From: Monocercomonoides exilis PA203
Taxonomy: Eukaryota; Protista; Preaxostyla
NCBI GenBank assembly: GCA_001643675.2
Contig: LSRY02000048.1
Coordinates: 372,001 to 436,000, forward strand
DNA: 64,000 nucleotides
Reading direction: 5' to 3'
The notes beneath the pieces are model-generated. The model was not told where the DNA came from. It did no database searches and saw only the letters and a list, made by a program, of their open reading frames with translations. Below are positions 36,201-42,200 of the stretch, piece after piece. Both the position numbers and the translations under genes were made by a program. Position 1 is the stretch's first letter; each line of letters starts with the position of its first letter.

Positions 36201-39200
36201 CGTTGAAGGCTTTGGTGAGAACTGAAGGATCTGAAGAGGAAGAAGAGGAAGAAGAAGGTGATGATGATGAAAAAGTTGAATGTGACTTCTTCTTCTTTGT
36301 TGAATGTTTCTTACTTCCGTGATGAACTGCTGTTGACTCCAGAGGCCTCAAAAGAGGCATAAATATGTTCAGCGTGGACAGGATGCTGTGGTGTATGCAC
36401 TTCATATAAGTGTCTTGAGCACTCACCAGCACCTCCATAAACCCTCTTTTCAGCTCATCGTACACTTTCCGGCCGTAATGGAACACTTTCTGATGCGGAT
36501 CCACAGGAATTCCTGTGAAAAACTGAGAAACGTGCATCAATTTCTGGCTTTTTGAGGTGTTTGCTTCAGTTTCGTCGTTCAATTCGTCAATTCTCCACTC
36601 ATTTTTCTGTGCAGCTGCAGCAGCAGTATTCAATGTCGAATTCGCAAGTTTCGTCTTTTCCACTTTCCTTTCACTCTGCCTGCTCAAAAACGAGTCAACG
36701 GGAAGTGAGTTGTCTTCAAACAAGTGCGACGTGATGTTTGCCACGTAGTAGATGATCTCCTTGTTCATCATCGACAGTGTCTCCTCTGCATACGTCCCTG
36801 TGTTAGACACAATTTTGATAGGTGTATTGAAAATATTCCGCAGCTCCTGGTATCCTCCGACAATATCGTCAAAGTACATCACCAGATCCATCCTCACCAT
36901 CTCGCTCAAATACCTCAGTTTTCCGCAGTTGAACAGAGCAGCAGCTGTTTGATACTCGTTGCAGTCTTCCAGTCTCGTTGGGTAGTCCTCATCGAAGCAG
37001 GAATACCTCAGCCTCGCTATCTTCAGCAGCGTCGAATCGATCCGCATGTGCCTCTTCACCAGACTCTTCACAAAGTCGCAGAAAAACACTGTTGTTGCAC
37101 CAAAGCGCATGTAAGTGAGTGTCTGCGGCAGCTTTCTCCACGTGCACGTTGCACGCATCTGCTCCAGCTGCCCTTCGTAGAAGTCGACAAAGGGCTTCAG
37201 CACTGGAATCGCTGAGTGCGGAATCAGGCTATAGACAGCTTCTCTCAGCCGCAGCGTCTGCTGGATCACCATCTCGGTTGCATGAACCGCTTCTAGCAAA
37301 AAGGGCGCGTTTGTGTGAATGACAGGGTGGAGTGCCTTCTTGAACAGTGCTGACTGCCAGATGCCCCTGTCAAAAAGAGCTTTGATGTCCTTGAAGAGGT
37401 TCATGTGCTTCGGACTGACGGTGGAGGAGAAAGTTGGGATCTGCAGCTCAGTCACAATGGGGAAGGAGTCGATGGTGGAGGAGGCTGTGCTCGAGGCAAG
37501 GAAAACTGGCTCACGGGGCTGCAGCGTGCGGGAGAAGGAGAGAACAAGCTGGGCTGTGTTGTTCCATTTTTCCTGCTTCCTCTTATTCAGCTGATGCTGA
37601 TTATGATGCTGATGCTGTGAAGAAGAAGAAGAAGAAGTTTTGTCATCTGCTTCGTTCTCTTGCAGTGCCTGTGCAGGTGTTGCATAGTCGAAGAACGGCT
37701 GGTCTAAAAACTCCTTTAATCTTTCTGGGATGCGTGACGCCCACACACGCATGCAGAGCCAGATTGCTTTTGTGATGTCTTCAACCATCGACAAGAAAGA
37801 GGCTTCTAATGAATTCAGCTGAGAAATGGTGGTCTGATAGATCGGATGGATACATGGGAGCAGCTGGGCTTGGCTGTTAGCTGCGGTTGTTAGATTACTG
37901 TGATTGTTATTGTTATTGTTATTGTTATTGTTACTGTTGTTGAGGTTATTTTGATTATTTTTCACAGCTGAATTGAAATTGTTAGCATTGTTGGAATAAT
38001 TGTTTCCTGTGTTGTTTGATTTTGTGGAAGAAGATGGAACAGAAGAAGAAGGGGAAGTGGAAGCCCCATCTAACAATGCAAGCGTCTCGAGTGTGGAAGA
38101 ATGCGACGCAGAGGACGAAAACGGATACTGTGCAGACGCCAAAGAGGAAGAAGATAGCATTTGTGGTATGATGTTTGGAGGAGAAGATTTGTTGGTGCGA
38201 ACAGAAGGTGCATCAAGACTTGTTCTCCAGTGCTTTGCAGCAGCAGATGTGGTGCGGGACGACGAAAACGCAGAGGAGAACGCAGAGGGAAACGGAGCTG
38301 TCTGTTTGGACTGGCTGTTGGGAGTGCTGTGTGATTGAGAGTGGGAATGAGAGTGAGAATGTGAATGAGAATCAGATTGTGTGTGAGAATGCGAATGAGA
38401 ATGCAAATGTAAATGATCATCTGAATCATTCTTTTGCATCGACTGCATCTGCATTTGCGCAAGTGCTTCCTTCAGAACCGTCTCTCTGACACGCTCAATG
38501 AACGGCAGAGGGCTCGAAAGGGTGGACACGACCTGTTTTGTGGCAAGGAGGAACGAGCGGACGATGGACGCCTGGCGATAGGAAGACAAGTTGGAGATGC
38601 GCAGCACAAGTACAGGGTCATAGGAGCTTTCCTGTTGCGGAGGGAAGGAAAGATTTTGTGGCAAATGATTTGGTTGGTTTAATTGGTTTGGCTGGTTTGG
38701 TTGATAAAATTGAGGATGTTGCTGTTGAGACTGCAAAGATTGGTGTGATTGAAGTAAATTCTGTGCATTTTGTGTTTGATGAGGCAAAAGGGGCATTAGT
38801 TCAGCTGAGGGGGCATCAGAAGCAGGGATGAGTGGATTGAATGTGCCATTGTGTTGCTGTTGTTGTTGATGTTGATGAGAAGGAAGAGGAAAAGGAGGAG
38901 AAGGGTGAAGATGAGGACTATAATGAGGCTGTTGAATTTGCTGCAGCTGGAGCTGAAGCTGAAGATGTTGCTGTTTAAAACGATGTTGATTGTGATTATA
39001 TTGATAAGGTTGATAATGTTGATTATTCTTCTCAGCTGAAGCTGACTGCAGATCCAAAATTGGCACACGAGGCAAAGAAGGCAAAGGCGTGGTCTGGTTA
39101 AAATTACTCCGAATTTTCGCTTGTTGTCTTGTCGGTGGACGGAAATACTCATTCTGTTCGTTAAGATCATTCATTTGTCTTTGTTCAATTTGCTTCAGTC

Positions 39201-42200
39201 TTTCTTCGGGCATATCAGCATCAACAGCTGATCCTGTTGCGTGTGCATCAATGAGCGACGAAAACGCTTCGGAAAGAGCAGCGTTTGTGCCTTCTGACGA
39301 AGCAGGAGAAGATTCAACTTCGTTCCCGTCGATCAATCCGCACATCATTTTCGCTTCTTCTGGAATGTTTTTCTGGCTCAGCATCATCTTCATGAAGGAC
39401 CTTGCATTCACTTGTTTAATCGACGCCTCCCATCCTCTTGCAATCTTCGTCGCAAACTCCGCAAAACACAATTTTACATTCTCTCTTTCTGTAGTTGTGT
39501 CAGCCACCACACGCATCCATCTGTTGGCTGAGGCAGCGTGTGTGCCCCTTCTTGTTGATCGGGTGGATTCAACATATTCTCCATAACTCCTGCTGTGAAT
39601 GGAGTCTGTTGGGTAGTAGCAGATTTTCTTTGTCCGGGGCTGGAGAAGAGGAGGGTACATGAAGTTTGTTGGCATGCCATTGTTTGACTGCTCATTTGAG
39701 AAAGTATTCATCTGCATTGTCATTGGCATTGGCATCTGCATCTGCATCTGATTCTGCATCGAAAGGTGCATCGGAATCTGTGTGGGTGTCTGCAGAGGGG
39801 TCGAATCTGCGCTTTCTGTCACGCTGCTCGCTGTCTGCTCGCTCAGCCTGCTCTGAGTGGGCAGTGATCTTACAGACACATTCGAGACGAGGTTGAAGAA
39901 CGAAGGCGTGGTTGATAGCGTCTCCGCAGAGGAGGACTGAGAAAAACAAGAGTCAGAAGGAGAAACGGGAGGGATTAGCTGGCCGGCAGAGGCAGTTAAA
40001 GGAGGGGTGTTGGCAGGAGGGGAGGAAGAGAGTGCTTGAGGAAGGGCAGAGGCAGATTGGGATAAGAGAAGAGGCATGTGGGGCTGGGTGGAGCTGTTGG
40101 GAAGAGAGGAAGACGGGATCGAATGGATCGATTGGGAGGCTAAAGAGGAACGAGAAGAAGAAGAATCAGAAGAATGAATCGAATGGATGGAATGGATGGA
40201 GTGTGTTGATTGAGATGATTGCAGAGAAAGCTGAGTGAAAGAGGAGGAGTTGTTTGTGGAGGAAGCAGAAGGATGTGTCTTCAGGGCATAAGAAGAAGGA
40301 GAAGAAGACGGAGAAGAAGAAGAAGATGATGATGATGATGATAACATATTTGACTGGAGCAGATTAGCAGAAGCTTGTGGAAGAGAAGCAAACGACTCAG
40401 ATTGCTCAGAGTGAATTGAATGGTCAGCAATAAAGGCGTTTTCATTGCCCTCAGGGTTTGTTGGTGTGATGGCTGTGATCAAATAGGATGTTGAAGGAGG
40501 AGGAGAAGCTGACTGAAAGGGGGAAATAGTGGGAGAAGGGAGAAGAACTTGAGATTGGTTGGCAGAGGGAATGGAAGAGAACTGTTGATTGGATGATGGT
40601 GATGATGGTGATGATGATGGCGATGATGATGATTGGATGGTTTCTGAAGAAGAAGAGGAGGAGGAGGAAGAAGAGGAAGAAGAAGAGGAAGAAGGATGAG
40701 GAGGAGGAGAAAGAAGAGCAGAAGAAGGCAGGATTTGAGAAGGCAGCAGAGAAGCAGAAGCATTTTGAGGCAAAAGAGAAGCAGAAGGAGAAGTTTCGCT
40801 GATTGAACGGAGCGAAATAGAGGCAGGTGCAATGGAAGACGTTGGAGAGGCAGTTGAAGACGAGGTGGGAGATAAAGAAGGAGAAGAAGATGGGGATGAG
40901 GAAGGGGAAGGGGAAGAAAGAGAAGAGAAAGGAAAGTTCTGATTTGCGTTTGTGTTTAGGTTTATATTCATGTTCATATTCATGTTCGTGCTTATGTTTG
41001 AGGCTGGAGGTGTGGAAGCAACAGAACCAGAAGCAGAGGGAGAAGTAGAATGAGAAAGGGAATGAGAAGGAGAGACAGTAAGTGATGTGTTAGCAGAGGC
41101 AGATGCTGACTGTTGCGCCTGTGTTTGTGACATTGTCTGTGAAATCGTCTGTGTGTGAGAGAAAGCTTGTGACTGCGAAATGGAGCTTGTATTCGAATGA
41201 GGCTGAGAATGAGAAGAAGATTGTGAATGAGGCTGATGCTGTTGAGCAGCACTGCCATTATGAGGATGATTATAATGATGATGATGGCTATGAGCATAAC
41301 TTTGACTGTTACTTTGGCTATGGCTTTGGCTATGGCTTTGACTGTGATTATCATAATGGCTGTGTATATGTGTCCCAACGGACTCAGCAGTGCGTGCAGT
41401 GGAAGAGAACTGGGTGGATGTGTTTCCCGACACGACAGACGGGGTGGGAGTGGAAGAAGGAAAGATCAGATCATTGCGAGGCAGAGGAGACAGTTGTGAC
41501 AGTTGTGTGACTGCATCCTTCACTTCCCTCCTCGAATCCAGCAGGTCTGAGTACTCCTCATTCACATCCGGTCTTATCAGCTCTTCGAGCGTGCGGCACA
41601 GGAATGAATCGATGTTGGTTATATCCTGTGCCAGCGACGCCACGCTCCCGTCAAAGGAGCTGTCGTCCATCCAGAAATGCAGCTTCAGCAGGTTCTGTGC
41701 TCGCACAAAGGCAGTCAACACCTGGTGTGCTAGGCACATGCAGATTTCGATGCGGTAGATGGAAATGGCTGCTAATGAGCAGATCTCATTGATGATGCCT
41801 CGAAGCACATGCAGTCTTGTTCGCAGGCGCATGGGCAGCTCCAAAAGGATGGGGGTGATGGTGGCAGAGTCAGAGCATTGAGACAAGATGCGGGAGATGA
41901 CGTGGGAGCTTGCGGGGGAGCGTGTGGGTGGCGATAAGGAAATTGAAGAAGCGGAGGAGGAAGAGGAGGAAGGAGAAGGAGAAGCAGAACAGGAAGGAGA
42001 AGGGGAGCCGCAGATAGAGGCAGCGGCAGAGGCAGCAGCAGAAGTGCCGAAGGTTGGTGAGTTCGGCATAGAGGCGAGGGAGATGTGGCGTGAGGATGGA
42101 TGAGAGGAAAGATTGAGAAGGGTGTGATTGAAATGGCTGGTGTTGCTGTAATTGCTATTGATGTTGACATTGTTGTTATTATAAAGATTATGATTATGAT